DNA of 64,000 bases from a virus (Duplodnaviria; Caudoviricetes), in IMG/VR virus record IMGVR_UViG_3300025053_000003, positions 1 through 64,000 of that record. One strand, written 5' to 3'. The notes beneath the pieces were generated by a model. It was not told the DNA's origin and did no database searches. It saw nothing but the letters and a program-made list of their open reading frames with translations. How positions within the stretch are numbered: position 1 is the stretch's first letter; each line of letters begins with the position of its first letter. This document shows, piece by piece, positions 27,949 through 38,203 of the stretch. The position numbers were made by a program, and so were the translations under genes.

Positions 27949-28048
27949 TGATCTATTTCATTTATTTTTCACTTTTACTTCTACTTCATTATTTTAAACT
28001 ATTTTTATTTGTCTTTTTAAATCAGATACTTACAATAGCATTATTTAT

Positions 28049-28378
28049 TTGACTTATTGTTTTAATAGTTGTATTTTAATTTATATGATTTATTTTATTA
28101 ACTCACACAAGGAGATTATGATAATGACACAGATCACGATCAGCTACACCACATCAGTTTTCACGCCAGCGGGTTGGCGTAATGAGACAGTAACCGCAAC
28201 GGTGGAGGTAATCAGTCCAAAACGGGGGCGTGTGCTATGCGTCCAAGATATTGGCGGTAATGGCAACTCCGGTTATGGTAGCCGGACCGGGGCAAAGCGG
28301 CAAGCATATCACGTGGGAGGGATTGCTATGCGGGAGCAAGGCAAAATCAAAAACCTATCAGCTTGTTGTATACTCTAA
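28049..28378 (+). CDS. Hypothetical early protein (likely start 28118/28124)
   Basis: AAGGAG RBS before ATG 28118. Confidence 0.7.
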   Translation: MTYCFNSCILIYMIYFINSHKEIMIMTQITISYTTSVFTPAGWRNETVTATVEVISPKRGRVLCVQDIGGNGNSGYGSRTGAKRQAYHVGGIAMREQGKIKNLSACCIL

Positions 28379-28509
28379 CACTAACGCATCATTGCCTATA
28401 ATCCGGCAAAGGATTGTTATCTTTGCCGCACCGGAAAAACTCAAGAGGTGTTCTGGGCCGATGAATTGGCGGACTTCTACAATTAAACTACTACTACAAT
28501 AAAGGAAAG

Positions 28510-28761
28510 GTGATGAACCTGAAAAATACACAATGGGGAATAGCTACGGAATATACAAAAGATATTTTACCCGGAGCTATTCTGGAAAAGATTATTCGTG
28601 GGCCTGTTTCCGGTGCCATTCACGAGTTTACAATCTGCTATGTTTGGGGCAGATATATCCCGGTTCATGGCATGGTAAAAATGGCCCCTTGTGATACAGA
28701 AAAACAGGCAAAGAGGGTGTTAAAAAACTATTGGGATAATTTGAAGGATAACGAAAAATGA
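28510..28761 (+). CDS. Hypothetical protein
   Basis: 83 aa, RBS. Confidence 0.65.
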   Translation: MMNLKNTQWGIATEYTKDILPGAILEKIIRGPVSGAIHEFTICYVWGRYIPVHGMVKMAPCDTEKQAKRVLKNYWDNLKDNEK

Positions 28762-28789
28762 CAATCAAATTACTTGTATACCGGCTGTT

Positions 28790-29098
28790 ATGCGCATTGG
28801 CAATAGTTGCCACCTTGAGTATAGATATATAAGAGGGGAAAGTATGAAAATAAAATCAGAGCATTACCAATACATGAAAAACGCGATAATTGAAAAGCAT
28901 AAATTCATGCTTGAAAATCATAAAACTGATTATATAAAGTACAGGAATGCTGGCCACTCAAAGGAGCTGATCTTATGGGATCTACTACATGCTTCTGGTT
29001 TAACTCCTTGGGTATGTTCAATGCTATACTTGGATAAAAAGGATTCGCATATTGAAACGGCTTTAAAGTCAATCTGGCAAGATATCCGCATGGATTGA
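28790..29098 (+). CDS. Hypothetical protein (likely start ~28844)
   Basis: GAGGGG RBS before MKIKSEHY; WDLLHASG..SHIETALKSI. Confidence 0.7.
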   Translation: MRIGNSCHLEYRYIRGESMKIKSEHYQYMKNAIIEKHKFMLENHKTDYIKYRNAGHSKELILWDLLHASGLTPWVCSMLYLDKKDSHIETALKSIWQDIRMD

Positions 29099-29684
29099 AA
29101 ATAAGCACTACAGTCAATTTTAAGCCGTGTTCAGGCCTTGCCATAGAAAGGTATACCTTAAGCTCTAATCAGGGCAAGGTGACGCCATAGAACGCTAAAT
29201 TTCAAGGGATAAAACTATGCAAGCAATAGGATACTACAATCTCGGTTTGGGGGTGGGGATGGTCAAAAAGCTGGTGTGTTGGGTTGGGGGGGCGAAGAAA
29301 GAAAACTACGCGTTTTGTTTTTCTGGTGGAAAAATTCGGTTCTTATGTTTGGTTTGGTGTTGGGGGGGTGTTGTATTGAAATAGCTTAATATCGCCTTAT
29401 ACAATTTTATATCGCCCTATATCACTTCCCTTTAATACCAAGGGAATACGGGCAATCATGCATAAAAACAGGCAAGAAAAACTCACTTGTACATAAGATA
29501 TTTCTCAAAAATAGTATATTATAACTACTTGATAATATAAGGAAAGTGAGTAAATTCAAGAGAATAGGCGATATAAAGAGATAATTATAATTTACCTTCC
29601 ACCAATAAAACCGTCTATATGCTCAGGGCAATGCTTTTCCAGATATAGCAATAAGACTTCCAGAATTGAGAAAGGGCAGGCGTA

Positions 29685-29764
29685 GGGTGCAAGGGTGCAA
29701 GGGTGCAAGGGTGCAAGGGTGCAAGGGTGCAAGGGTGCAAGGGTGCAAGGGTGCAAGGGTGCAA
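29685..29764 (+). repeat. Perfect octamer array (GGGTGCAA) x10
   Basis: 10 exact units; matches a G3-N5 quadruplex pattern. Confidence 0.98.
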
Positions 29765-29830
29765 GGTTTGTTTCAATTAATTCTTTTAATTCTTTTAATT
29801 TGAGAAAAGGGGTTGAGTAAAACAGGAAAC

Positions 29831-29975
29831 GCCATACGTATGGCCCAACCTATACAGTATACCCTATACAGCTTATTTGCTAAACAATTAAAAGTCTAAT
29901 CCTAACAAAAGATATTAACAACAACACGTACGCAATAACGTACTACTTTTTACACGTACGGAAAATCGTACGCAT
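29831..29975. repeat. Palindrome/direct-repeat cluster
   Basis: GCCATACGTATGGC (perfect 14 bp), CCTATACAG x2, CGTAC(G) x4. Confidence 0.7.
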
Positions 29976-30034
29976 GAATTTACCTATTCCAGAAAAACAA
30001 TTTTTAGGATTTTTCTAATTGTATAACTTTATCC

Positions 30035-30199
30035 TTTACATTAGTTCAAATTATTTGTATTATCTATTTAACAGTTGAGATCAAGAAGTTATTAACTCAA
30101 AACACAAGAGGCCAAAAAATGGGTATATAACAAAAGGTAATAAAATGTTTTAAATTATCAAAAATAAATCTTGTATAATTAGAAAATCATTTATATAAA
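30035..30199 (+). promoter_or_regulatory. Tandem sigma70 promoters for the early cluster
   Basis: TTTACA-17-TATTAT (30035-63); TTGTAT-17-TATAAA (30171-99). Confidence 0.6.
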
Positions 30200-30247
30200 G
30201 AATCATCGAAGTTAAGTTTTACAAAATATCAAAAAGGAGAAAAGATC

Positions 30248-31234
30248 ATGGCCGCAAATATGGATCTTCAGCTTTTTGCTTCAAAAAATGCCGCTGCATG
30301 GTGGTGGAATGATTCTATGGAAAACCATGTATTCCCCAACGCCACTAACCGGGAGCTGTTTGAGTTGAGCAAAGCAGACTTTCCGGTTGAAATTGTTCCG
30401 ATTTTCAAAAAAGACGGTTCCGAAATTCCCGGCTATTTTATCCTGGAAAATACCAGAACGGGGGCAGCGTTGAGGATGGCAAAGAGTCGTTTTCAGGCCT
30501 TGCAAAGTGAAACGCTTTTTGAGAAACTGGACCAGCTTGGAAACATTACCGATATCGGGGCCATCGGTCAAGGCGAAAAGGTGTTCTTCTCTCTTGATGC
30601 CGGTCAATTTGAGATAGGGGAAGGTAATACCCATAAACAATTTATTAATGCAGTTCTTCCCCATGACGGAACAATGAAGATTACGCTAGGTTTAGGCGAT
30701 TTCAGGATCGAGTGTCAAAACACCTTTAATCTTTGGAAACGGTCACTTGATAGTACTGAAATATTAGCTTGTAAGCAGACTGCCAACGCAGAGGCGAAAA
30801 TTGACGGCTGGGTCAAGGCATTCCAGGAAATGCAAGCCGAAAATGAGACATTGAAAGAGAAATTCAAGCGACTGGCAAGCATGAAATTTTCCGCTGAAAG
30901 TCAAGCCGGGATCATTGGCAAGTTGTTTGGCGGAGACAAAGACAAGCCGTCAACCAGGAGCATTAATACACAAAAGATGCTGGCGGAAATCATCGCCGAT
31001 AATGCAAGTAATGTGAGCCAGGATGTCCGGGGCACTGGTTACGATCTTTTTAACGGCCTAACGTACTGGACTAGCCGGGGAATGGGACTCAAGGCAAACA
31101 CCTCAGCACTGGAGTCCGTCATGTTTGGAAGTGGCCAGAAGTTGGCGGAAACGGCTCTAAATTTGATTCTGGAAAGTATCCCGGATGGTATCATACCGAA
31201 CCGTGAAAACCTTGTCAGAACGATAACCGTGTAG
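30248..31234 (+). CDS. DUF932/DUF945 (LGT_TIGR03299-like) protein
   Basis: GAIGQGEKVFF, VLPHDGTM, RIECQNTF, GTGYDLFNGLTYW, SVMFGSG. Confidence 0.85.
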   Translation: MAANMDLQLFASKNAAAWWWNDSMENHVFPNATNRELFELSKADFPVEIVPIFKKDGSEIPGYFILENTRTGAALRMAKSRFQALQSETLFEKLDQLGNITDIGAIGQGEKVFFSLDAGQFEIGEGNTHKQFINAVLPHDGTMKITLGLGDFRIECQNTFNLWKRSLDSTEILACKQTANAEAKIDGWVKAFQEMQAENETLKEKFKRLASMKFSAESQAGIIGKLFGGDKDKPSTRSINTQKMLAEIIADNASNVSQDVRGTGYDLFNGLTYWTSRGMGLKANTSALESVMFGSGQKLAETALNLILESIPDGIIPNRENLVRTITV

Positions 31235-31334
31235 GTTAATTTGTTGATTGCTTGAGCCGGTAAGGAATAAAGGAAACTTTACCGGCTTTCTGGAATTAAT
31301 AAACATCAAAACACCAACTCAAGAGGCTAAAAAA

Positions 31335-31505
31335 ATGGACGAAATCAAATGGATAAAAAGTCCCTTCTACCAGGCAAGAATTCGCTGTGAAGATATTTGG
31401 GTAAGGACAATAGGTTTTTGTCCTGCAAAAAATTGGTATTTGTGCCGGAGCGGGAAAGAGAAAGAAATCTTTTTCGCTGATGAATTGGTAGAATTTTGTG
31501 AATAG
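31335..31505 (+). CDS. Small hypothetical protein
   Basis: GAGG RBS; 3' part of track ORF 31248. Confidence 0.5.
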   Translation: MDEIKWIKSPFYQARIRCEDIWVRTIGFCPAKNWYLCRSGKEKEIFFADELVEFCE

Positions 31506-31615
31506 GTGAAAAGATGCTAAAATATTGGTTGAAAAATTTTGGGATTGCTGGTTTAATTATTTCTGGTTTTTACGTTTTCTTTTTATTAATTTATGTTATT
31601 TTTTGAGGTGAAAAG

Positions 31616-32161
31616 ATGAATACTGCTGTTCCTCTTTACAAAGTTTTGACCCCTGAAAATACTGGAGGATATTCGGATTTTGTTTGGCCTTTACCTATTA
31701 ATGGAAAACCTGGAAAATGGGTAAAGATAGAAAACGATCTTAAAATGTGTTCTAACGGGTTTCATCTAACTGCGAATCCAGAAAGGTGGTGGAAGCATGG
31801 TGCAAGGATTTTCCGGGCTGAGTACAAGGGCGAAATACTGGTTGAAAACTCAAATAAAATTTGTTGCCGGGAAGCAAGGTTAATTTGTGAAATTACAGAA
31901 AATGATCCTTGTTTTCTAATTAATTCCCTCATCCGTTGTTATGTTTTAATCGGGATGAAACAAAGAGGGGAAATTGAACAAATTGACCTGGAAGGCGCAG
32001 ACCTGTATGGCGCAAACCTGAGAAACGCAGACCTGAGAAACGCAAACCTGAGAAACGCAGACCTGAGAAACGCAAACCTGAGAGGCGCAAACCTGGAAGG
32101 CGCAGACCTGTATGGCGCAAACCTGAGAGGCGCAATAAATTATAAAGAGGCCAAAAAATGA
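31616..32161 (+). CDS. Pentapeptide-repeat protein with a CSNGFH N-terminal domain
   Basis: Tandem A(D/N)LxG/xN units encoded by 15-bp repeats at ~31985-32135. Confidence 0.88.
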   Translation: MNTAVPLYKVLTPENTGGYSDFVWPLPINGKPGKWVKIENDLKMCSNGFHLTANPERWWKHGARIFRAEYKGEILVENSNKICCREARLICEITENDPCFLINSLIRCYVLIGMKQRGEIEQIDLEGADLYGANLRNADLRNANLRNADLRNANLRGANLEGADLYGANLRGAINYKEAKK

Positions 32162-33540
32162 ACCTGACAAATTACTGCAAGGCCGGTTTTCCTTTACTCT
32201 CAATCCAGACAGAAGAGGTCAAGAGATGCGTTCAGTCTATCAGTACCGATGCTCCCTTTACCGTCAACAGGTGGAACGCTGTTGACGGTATCAGAGGAGA
32301 ATACAAGAAAATTCCTGACCTGATAGAATACAGTACCACCTTAAGTCAATCCATTTTAATTCTTGAGAATTTCAACTGGTTTTTTGAAGACAAGGGAATT
32401 CTTCAGGTAATAAGCAATAATCTCGAATTGTATAAAAACAATCAAGTCACTTTGGTTATTGTTGGCAAAGATAAAATCAATCCCTTTTTCGACAAAGCGG
32501 CCTGTACAGTAGATTTCCGGTTGCCGGTTGCGAATGATTTTTTGCCGATGATCTTAAATTTTGCTGGCCAGATCGGGCAAAATATCGCGCTTGGTGAGCA
32601 AAGAAATATCGCTGAGAATTGTCTTGGTTTGAGCTATGATGAAGCGGAAAACGCTATTGCACTTGAGATTGTCAAGAGCGGCAAAATTACAGTAGAGGCG
32701 GTTTATCGGGCAAAAGAAGGGATAATTAATAATTCGGGGTTGATGCAGATTCAGAAACCCGAAAGTTTAGAAAACATCGGCGGTCTTGAGCCGTTAAAAA
32801 AGTATTTTGAAGCACGATTACAAGCATACCAGATGGGCAATGAGCATATGCCAAAGCTGAAAGCAATTTTGCTTGTTGGAACACCTGGTTGTGGGAAAAG
32901 CCTCTTCAGCAAGGCACTTGCAAGCGTTTTCAATCGGCTACTGATTTCCGCTAATATTAATAATTTGAAAGATAGCTTAGTGGGGAATACGGAAAAACGA
33001 ACAAAGCAATTTACGGAAATAGTTGACAGTATAGGGGACTGTATCGTTCACCTTGACGAGATTGACCGGATGTTTAGCAATGGCCAAGGTGATTCAGGGA
33101 CAAGTAAAGGCCAGCTCGGAGCGTTTCTTACATGGATGAACGACAGATCGAGTTCAGCAATTATCGTAGCTACCAGCAACAACCTTTCAGACCTTCCTGC
33201 TGAGTTCTTGCGTTCTGGCCGGTGGGATTGTATTTTTTTCGTTGACTATCCGAACCTTGAAGAGAGAAAAATCATCATCGAAATTATGAACCGGAAACAC
33301 CACGCCAGTTTGCCGTTTAGCCTTGCAGAAAAGCTTGAGTCGTGGAGTGGAGCCGAAATCGAACAGCTTGCAAAAGATTCTCACTTCGATGATATCGATT
33401 ACCTTGTCAAGAACCAACCCGTTTTGTGGAAAACGAACCGGGACAAAATCGAGAAAATAAAAGAGCTTGCAAAAAATTACAGAAGGGCCAATGGCAAGCC
33501 GGTTACTGATATCACTCAAATTCGGAAAATTGGAGGTTGA
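32158..33540 (+). CDS. AAA+ ATPase, Ycf46-like
   Basis: [44 protein letters not shown]. Confidence 0.88.
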   Translation: MNLTNYCKAGFPLLSIQTEEVKRCVQSISTDAPFTVNRWNAVDGIRGEYKKIPDLIEYSTTLSQSILILENFNWFFEDKGILQVISNNLELYKNNQVTLVIVGKDKINPFFDKAACTVDFRLPVANDFLPMILNFAGQIGQNIALGEQRNIAENCLGLSYDEAENAIALEIVKSGKITVEAVYRAKEGIINNSGLMQIQKPESLENIGGLEPLKKYFEARLQAYQMGNEHMPKLKAILLVGTPGCGKSLFSKALASVFNRLLISANINNLKDSLVGNTEKRTKQFTEIVDSIGDCIVHLDEIDRMFSNGQGDSGTSKGQLGAFLTWMNDRSSSAIIVATSNNLSDLPAEFLRSGRWDCIFFVDYPNLEERKIIIEIMNRKHHASLPFSLAEKLESWSGAEIEQLAKDSHFDDIDYLVKNQPVLWKTNRDKIEKIKELAKNYRRANGKPVTDITQIRKIGG

Positions 33541-33716
33541 AATATGAAACCTCTAACCGTCTACGCAAAGAAAGAACCAACAAAAAGGAATAAGAAAGTC
33601 ACTATAAATTGTTTTAATTGGATTCTCAAGTGGAGGGATTAGAGATGGAACATACATCTGGACCATGGAAAATAAGGTTATGACCGAGATTAATAAAACA
33701 ACAGGAGAATAAGACA

Positions 33717-34004
33717 ATGCAAAATAAATGGTACGCTGCAAAAACCGGAAACCACCAAGGACTTGTCATTGACGAAAAGACAGGCTATAATATAGCCGTA
33801 GCATATGACAAAAAGCACACTAGCTTACTCGCCGCTGCTCCTGACCTGCTGAAACTTGCTAAAGCTTTTGAACAGGTTGTCATGGAAAGCGGAAACAACT
33901 TACTTTCAACGGCGACAAAAGAAGAGAAAAATAGATTTATATCAAGTATAGTTTTCGCATGGAATGATAACTGCCAGGCTCTTGACGGCTTTGAAAACGC
34001 TTGA
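33717..34004 (+). CDS. Hypothetical protein (LLAAAPDLL motif)
   Basis: AGGAG RBS; common phage motif. Confidence 0.7.
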   Translation: MQNKWYAAKTGNHQGLVIDEKTGYNIAVAYDKKHTSLLAAAPDLLKLAKAFEQVVMESGNNLLSTATKEEKNRFISSIVFAWNDNCQALDGFENA

Positions 34005-34029
34005 CAAAGACGAAAATATTTAATAAAAT
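34001..34029 (+). promoter_or_regulatory. Sigma70 promoter
   Basis: TTGACA-17-TAAAAT. Confidence 0.75.
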
Positions 34030-34052
34030 TCACTTAAATCAAGAAAGGCATT

Positions 34053-34316
34053 GTGCAAAATTTTTCAGGAGGCCAAAACATGAACGTAAACCATCAAAGA
34101 AAAGTAGCGGAGCTTGTTGACTCTTTTTCCGCAATTCTCAAGATCGAGTGCGAAAAGCTTTACAGATCAAACATGGTCGAGGTGGAATCTTTTTCACCTG
34201 ATGAGTATATCCTTGCCAAAATCCTTGTTTCAGCAGCGATTGAAAGGGAAGGAAAGGGCTACTACCCAAGAGACAAGAAACAGATCAAAGAAGTTAAAAA
34301 TCTGGTTTTGAGATAG
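34053..34316 (+). CDS. Hypothetical protein (likely start 34080)
   Basis: AGGAGG RBS. Confidence 0.7.
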   Translation: MQNFSGGQNMNVNHQRKVAELVDSFSAILKIECEKLYRSNMVEVESFSPDEYILAKILVSAAIEREGKGYYPRDKKQIKEVKNLVLR

Positions 34317-34324
34317 GTGCCAAA

Positions 34325-34588
34325 ATGAAAAGAGGACAATGGAATTTAAATTTTGATGGTGTCGATGAATTGACGGATTCAGACCAAGAACATATCGCAA
34401 ATTTAATTAAAGAAGGATATACAAGCGGCGAAATTCTCCAAGAGGAGGAACACGATTTAATTATTATTTCTCTCTTCGATGCAGAGGCAGAATGTTCTTG
34501 CGGAAATTGGCATTATTGTTTTACCGGCTCAAGAACAAAAGAAGAAATTAACGAAGAATTCCAGAAACATCTTGAATGGTATAATTGA
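34325..34588 (+). CDS. Hypothetical protein with CSCG motif
   Basis: AECSCGNW..HLEW. Confidence 0.65.
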   Translation: MKRGQWNLNFDGVDELTDSDQEHIANLIKEGYTSGEILQEEEHDLIIISLFDAEAECSCGNWHYCFTGSRTKEEINEEFQKHLEWYN

Positions 34589-34597
34589 GGTAAAACT

Positions 34598-34789
34598 ATG
34601 AAATGCAAAGCATGTAAATACGAATTTGTTGAAAAGCATAATAGAGAAGAAGGGAAAGGGTATGAAGAAGAAAAGTTTAGGAAAATTAATGGGAATTTTA
34701 CAATTAAGGGGACAGGGTGGAATGAAGCGATTACAGAAGTTTGGATTTTTGCCTGCCCTAAATTCTGGACATTGAAGGCATTTATTTAA
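34598..34789 (+). CDS. Small zinc-ribbon-like protein
   Basis: MKCKAC..FACPK. Confidence 0.6.
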   Translation: MKCKACKYEFVEKHNREEGKGYEEEKFRKINGNFTIKGTGWNEAITEVWIFACPKFWTLKAFI

Positions 34790-34798
34790 GGTGACAAA

Positions 34799-35506
34799 AT
34801 GTCCAGAATTTTTTTGACTGGCGATATTCACGGCGAAATATCCGTCAATCGTCTCTCTGGCAAAAACTGGCCGGAAGGCCGAAAACTATCTAAACAGGAT
34901 TATTTAATTATCCTTGGCGATTTCGGCTTACTCTGGAAAATGCAACCTGACAGAAATGAGGTTTACTGGCTCAACTGGTTGCAAAGTAGAAGCTGGACTA
35001 CTCTTTTTATTCCTGGAAACCACGAGAATTATTTTAGACTTAAACAATTAGAAAATGTCAAGATGTTTGGCTCAGAAGCTCAAAAAGTAAGCGATTCCGT
35101 TTTTATGCTGAAACGGGGTGAAGTTTATACAATCGAGAATAAGAAATTTTTCTGCATGGGTGGCGCAAGGAGCCACGACAAAGCATACAGAAGAGAATTT
35201 ATTTCGTGGTGGCCGGAAGAAGAGCCTAGTCAAGCAGAATGCGAAAAGGGACTACAGAACCTTCAGGATCACAAAAACAAAGTAGACTACATATTAGGGC
35301 ATACATCGTCAACGTCAGCAGTTAAGAGACTTGGCGAAATTTGTGGCCAGGATTTTAGCAGTAAATCAGAAAACCTTAACAAATATTTTGATGTAGTTTG
35401 CGAGATGGTAAAATTCAAGAAATTTTTCTTTGGGCACTTTCATGTGGATGAGAATATTGACGGGATTTTTCACTGTTTATATAAAGATATAATTGAAATC
35501 GGATAA
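34799..35506 (+). CDS. Calcineurin-like metallophosphoesterase
   Basis: TGDIHG, LGDFG, PGNHEN, ILGHT, FFGHFH. Confidence 0.92.
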   Translation: MSRIFLTGDIHGEISVNRLSGKNWPEGRKLSKQDYLIILGDFGLLWKMQPDRNEVYWLNWLQSRSWTTLFIPGNHENYFRLKQLENVKMFGSEAQKVSDSVFMLKRGEVYTIENKKFFCMGGARSHDKAYRREFISWWPEEEPSQAECEKGLQNLQDHKNKVDYILGHTSSTSAVKRLGEICGQDFSSKSENLNKYFDVVCEMVKFKKFFFGHFHVDENIDGIFHCLYKDIIEIG

Positions 35507-35515
35507 GGGGAAAAT

Positions 35516-35737
35516 ATGAAAAGGACCATTTACCTTCCATCAATTTCCAGAAGTGTCACTCTAAGGGAATACAATCAAGCAATTAAACTAGCTAAGAAAA
35601 ATCCTGATGTTGAGTTCAAGTATGGCCTTTCTTGTTGGTGGCCGTGTTCAGGAAGGGAGATTATGCGTCAATTCTTTGACGGACTTCAAGACCGGATCAA
35701 TAGTAAAATTCCCTATATACAGAGAGGGATAAAATAA
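35516..35737 (+). CDS. Hypothetical protein
   Basis: 73 aa with RBS. Confidence 0.7.
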   Translation: MKRTIYLPSISRSVTLREYNQAIKLAKKNPDVEFKYGLSCWWPCSGREIMRQFFDGLQDRINSKIPYIQRGIK

Positions 35738-35740
35738 TTG

Positions 35741-35769
35741 TTGCAATTAGGTCAAATTATTAGTAAGAT
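35741..35769 (+). promoter_or_regulatory. Sigma70 promoter
   Basis: TTGCAA-17-TAAGAT. Confidence 0.65.
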
Positions 35770-35807
35770 GTGTTTGCGATGAAGAAAAATCTTCCAGGAG
35801 GCGGGAA

Positions 35808-35945
35808 ATGTGGCAGACAAAAGTTTTCAAGACCAAAAAAAAGATGCTTGCTTTCCTGGAGAAAAATCAGAATATCCAGCACCAGGAAATTTTCGTGAAT
35901 AACGCTTACGGGATCGAGTACCGGAAACTCAACAAAGTATATTGA
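35808..35945 (+). CDS. Small protein (45 aa, not in track)
   Basis: MWQTKVFKT..EIFVNNAYGIEYRKL; AGGAGG RBS. Confidence 0.65.
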   Translation: MWQTKVFKTKKKMLAFLEKNQNIQHQEIFVNNAYGIEYRKLNKVY

Positions 35946-36118
35946 AAGGTCAAAACATGAACCAAATCGAAGCAGTGACCAAAGCTAAGGAGTCAGCCGA
36001 AACTCTTGTAAACGATCTAAGAGAAGCGGTTAGGGGTGAGAATTTTCTCCTTTCTCATATGGTTTGAACTGAAACAAATCGAAAATCTAATTGAAACAAA
36101 TTAAAGGGAGAAAACAAA

Positions 36119-36277
36119 ATGACGATTGACAAGATCATGGGTATGAAAAATCAGGAATTCGCAAAAACCGTCAAGAGCTTCCAGGATGCTTGTGAAAAGG
36201 CTGGAATTCCGCCTACGAAGCGGCAGGCAAGCAAATGGCGGAATAAGAAGGGGATAGCTTTCTTGGGGAAGAAATAA
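36119..36277 (+). CDS. Small basic protein (52 aa, not in track)
   Basis: ACEKAGIPPTKRQASKWRNKKG; GGGAG RBS. Confidence 0.65.
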   Translation: MTIDKIMGMKNQEFAKTVKSFQDACEKAGIPPTKRQASKWRNKKGIAFLGKK

Positions 36278-36453
36278 ATATGAAAACGCCACAAGATGTC
36301 GGGAGGTTCAGGATCGGGATTATCAAGAAAATGATGAAGGGAGACTTGCCACCAGAACAAGCCATCAATATTCAGAAAATGACAGACAGGGAATTGTTGC
36401 ATTTAATTAGAAGTAATCAAGAAACAAACTAAAACAAATTAAGAGGTAGCAAA

Positions 36454-36939
36454 ATGGAACTTACGGCAAAGCAGTTGGCAGAAAGATTTACGAATGCAGG
36501 GATTAGTATCAGTATCGTTGAGGCAAGTGGTTTCCTTCGTATCGGGAAAGCAAATGGAGCCGTAACGGAATCAGGGCGAGTTCCAAAAGTTCCAGGGCAG
36601 CGGGGCAGGAAGGAAGTGATCTGGAGCATTCCTGATTCCTTCACAATCACAATGCCGGTTATTGCACAAGAAGCAAAACAGCCGGAAATCGTGAAGGTTA
36701 AGACAATCGAAGCCATAGAAGTTAAACCCGAAATGCCGATTATTGAAAAGGCAATGGCCGAAGTAGAACCAGTAAAGAGAACGATGAAAATTGTTACAAG
36801 TACAAAGAGAGAAACCCCTAAAACTGGCTTGAAGAAAGCACAAGAAGAGATCAAGGCTCAAGTGAAGAAAGGAACACCGAAGGCTGTAAAGAAACAAACT
36901 ACTACAAAGAAGCCGGAAGGGAAACAGTTATCGGCTTAA
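36454..36939 (+). CDS. Hypothetical protein with a Lys-rich tail
   Basis: 161 aa, GAGG RBS. Confidence 0.75.
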   Translation: MELTAKQLAERFTNAGISISIVEASGFLRIGKANGAVTESGRVPKVPGQRGRKEVIWSIPDSFTITMPVIAQEAKQPEIVKVKTIEAIEVKPEMPIIEKAMAEVEPVKRTMKIVTSTKRETPKTGLKKAQEEIKAQVKKGTPKAVKKQTTTKKPEGKQLSA

Positions 36940-37127
36940 TTCTGGACAAATGCTCTGACATTTTGTATATTAAATCAAGAAATTGGGACCTGCTTAAATT
37001 TGCATGTTACAGCGTTCAAGGTGGCGTTTTTGGGAGTTGGTGTAGGGTGGCATGGCAAAGGATGTAAACGTGGCGTGGCGGTGTTACTGACAGCTTTCTC
37101 AGCGATATTAAACAAAAGGGTGGTAAA

Positions 37128-37988
37128 ATGAGTAAGACTCCGAAAATTAAAACTGAGAAAGGTGGTGTTGTGAGTCCAGTATCCTCAAATGCTGAATCCG
37201 TCAAAGAGGATACGGGAATAGTAAATGAGGGGTCTGGGGGTGGGAATCCAGGGGCTGCTAATGCTGAATCCGTCAAAGAGGATACGGGAAATTCAGTATC
37301 CGCCAATCAGAATGCGGGAGAAAACTCCGCCAATAAGGATGCGGGGTCTGGGGGTGGTGGAGGGGGACCTATTCTTAAGATGGTGTTTGGTGAAGGCGGT
37401 AACAGGGTTGCCGGATTGGCTGGTATTGGCTCAAGTGGTAAGACTAATTCAATAATGTATCTGCTGAAAAATTTCCATGATCTTTGCCCAAGTGTCCAAA
37501 TTTATACTTATGGATTGACGGAGAGAACACAAGAATGGGCAACTAAAAATCTGAAAGCGATTGAAGTTTCTTGTATTTCTCATTTAAGTGATAAATCTAA
37601 TTCTATTTTTTTTCTGGATGAAGTGCATTTGCTTGGATTATCGGACAGAACTAAGGTGTCTGAAGTAAAAGCGTTTGCCTCTTTTCTCAACCATAGTAAC
37701 AATTATGTCATACTTTCGACATCTAATATAAAAGAGTATAATTCGACCCTCTGTTCAATAATTAATGTTTGGCTTTTGAAAACCGTAAAAATCAATATGA
37801 CCACGAATGGGACGGACTTAAAAAGATCCATAAGAGACTATAGGGGGAGATATAAGAGGCTTGACGATGTAATTTTACCAGTTAATAAACTTTTAGTTCT
37901 ATCAGACCAGAGAGAATTAGTAATTGATATTGAGTATATCCCAGAAATTGATGGGAAGGCGGAATTACCAGACTTATTCGCCTGCTAA
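37128..37988 (+). CDS. P-loop NTPase with a low-complexity repeat N-terminus
   Basis: GIGSSGKT, IFFLDEVH; 31-bp direct repeat at 37188-37218 and 37260-37290. Confidence 0.7.
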   Translation: MSKTPKIKTEKGGVVSPVSSNAESVKEDTGIVNEGSGGGNPGAANAESVKEDTGNSVSANQNAGENSANKDAGSGGGGGGPILKMVFGEGGNRVAGLAGIGSSGKTNSIMYLLKNFHDLCPSVQIYTYGLTERTQEWATKNLKAIEVSCISHLSDKSNSIFFLDEVHLLGLSDRTKVSEVKAFASFLNHSNNYVILSTSNIKEYNSTLCSIINVWLLKTVKINMTTNGTDLKRSIRDYRGRYKRLDDVILPVNKLLVLSDQRELVIDIEYIPEIDGKAELPDLFAC

Positions 37989-38192
37989 ATTGTTGAGGAA
38001 ATTGTTGAGGAAATTGTTGAGAAATCTAAATTAGAAAATGGAAATTGGGAAGATGGCTTCATTGACCAGTTTGGGGATTTTTTAACAAGACAAGAAGCGA
38101 TGAAAATTGCAATTGCGGCTGGGCAGAAGGCTGATATTAAACGGGGTTGTGGCGGGGATAAAGGAATTCTTTACAGTGAAGGTCTTTATTAA
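37989..38192 (+). pseudogene. Headless gene fragment behind a 12-bp repeat x3
   Basis: (AAATTGTTGAGG)x3, then ..WEDGFIDQFGDFLTRQEAMKIAIAAGQ..LYSEGLY* with no start codon or RBS. Confidence 0.6.
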
Positions 38193-38203
38193 GGAGAACT
38201 AAA

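Noticed and set aside
27595-29764. CRISPR array
   Set aside because: The repeats are contiguous without unique spacers, and there are no cas genes
31929-32203. Repetitive minus-strand ORFs (RLSGL.., QVCVS..)
   Set aside because: Antisense read-outs of the pentapeptide repeat
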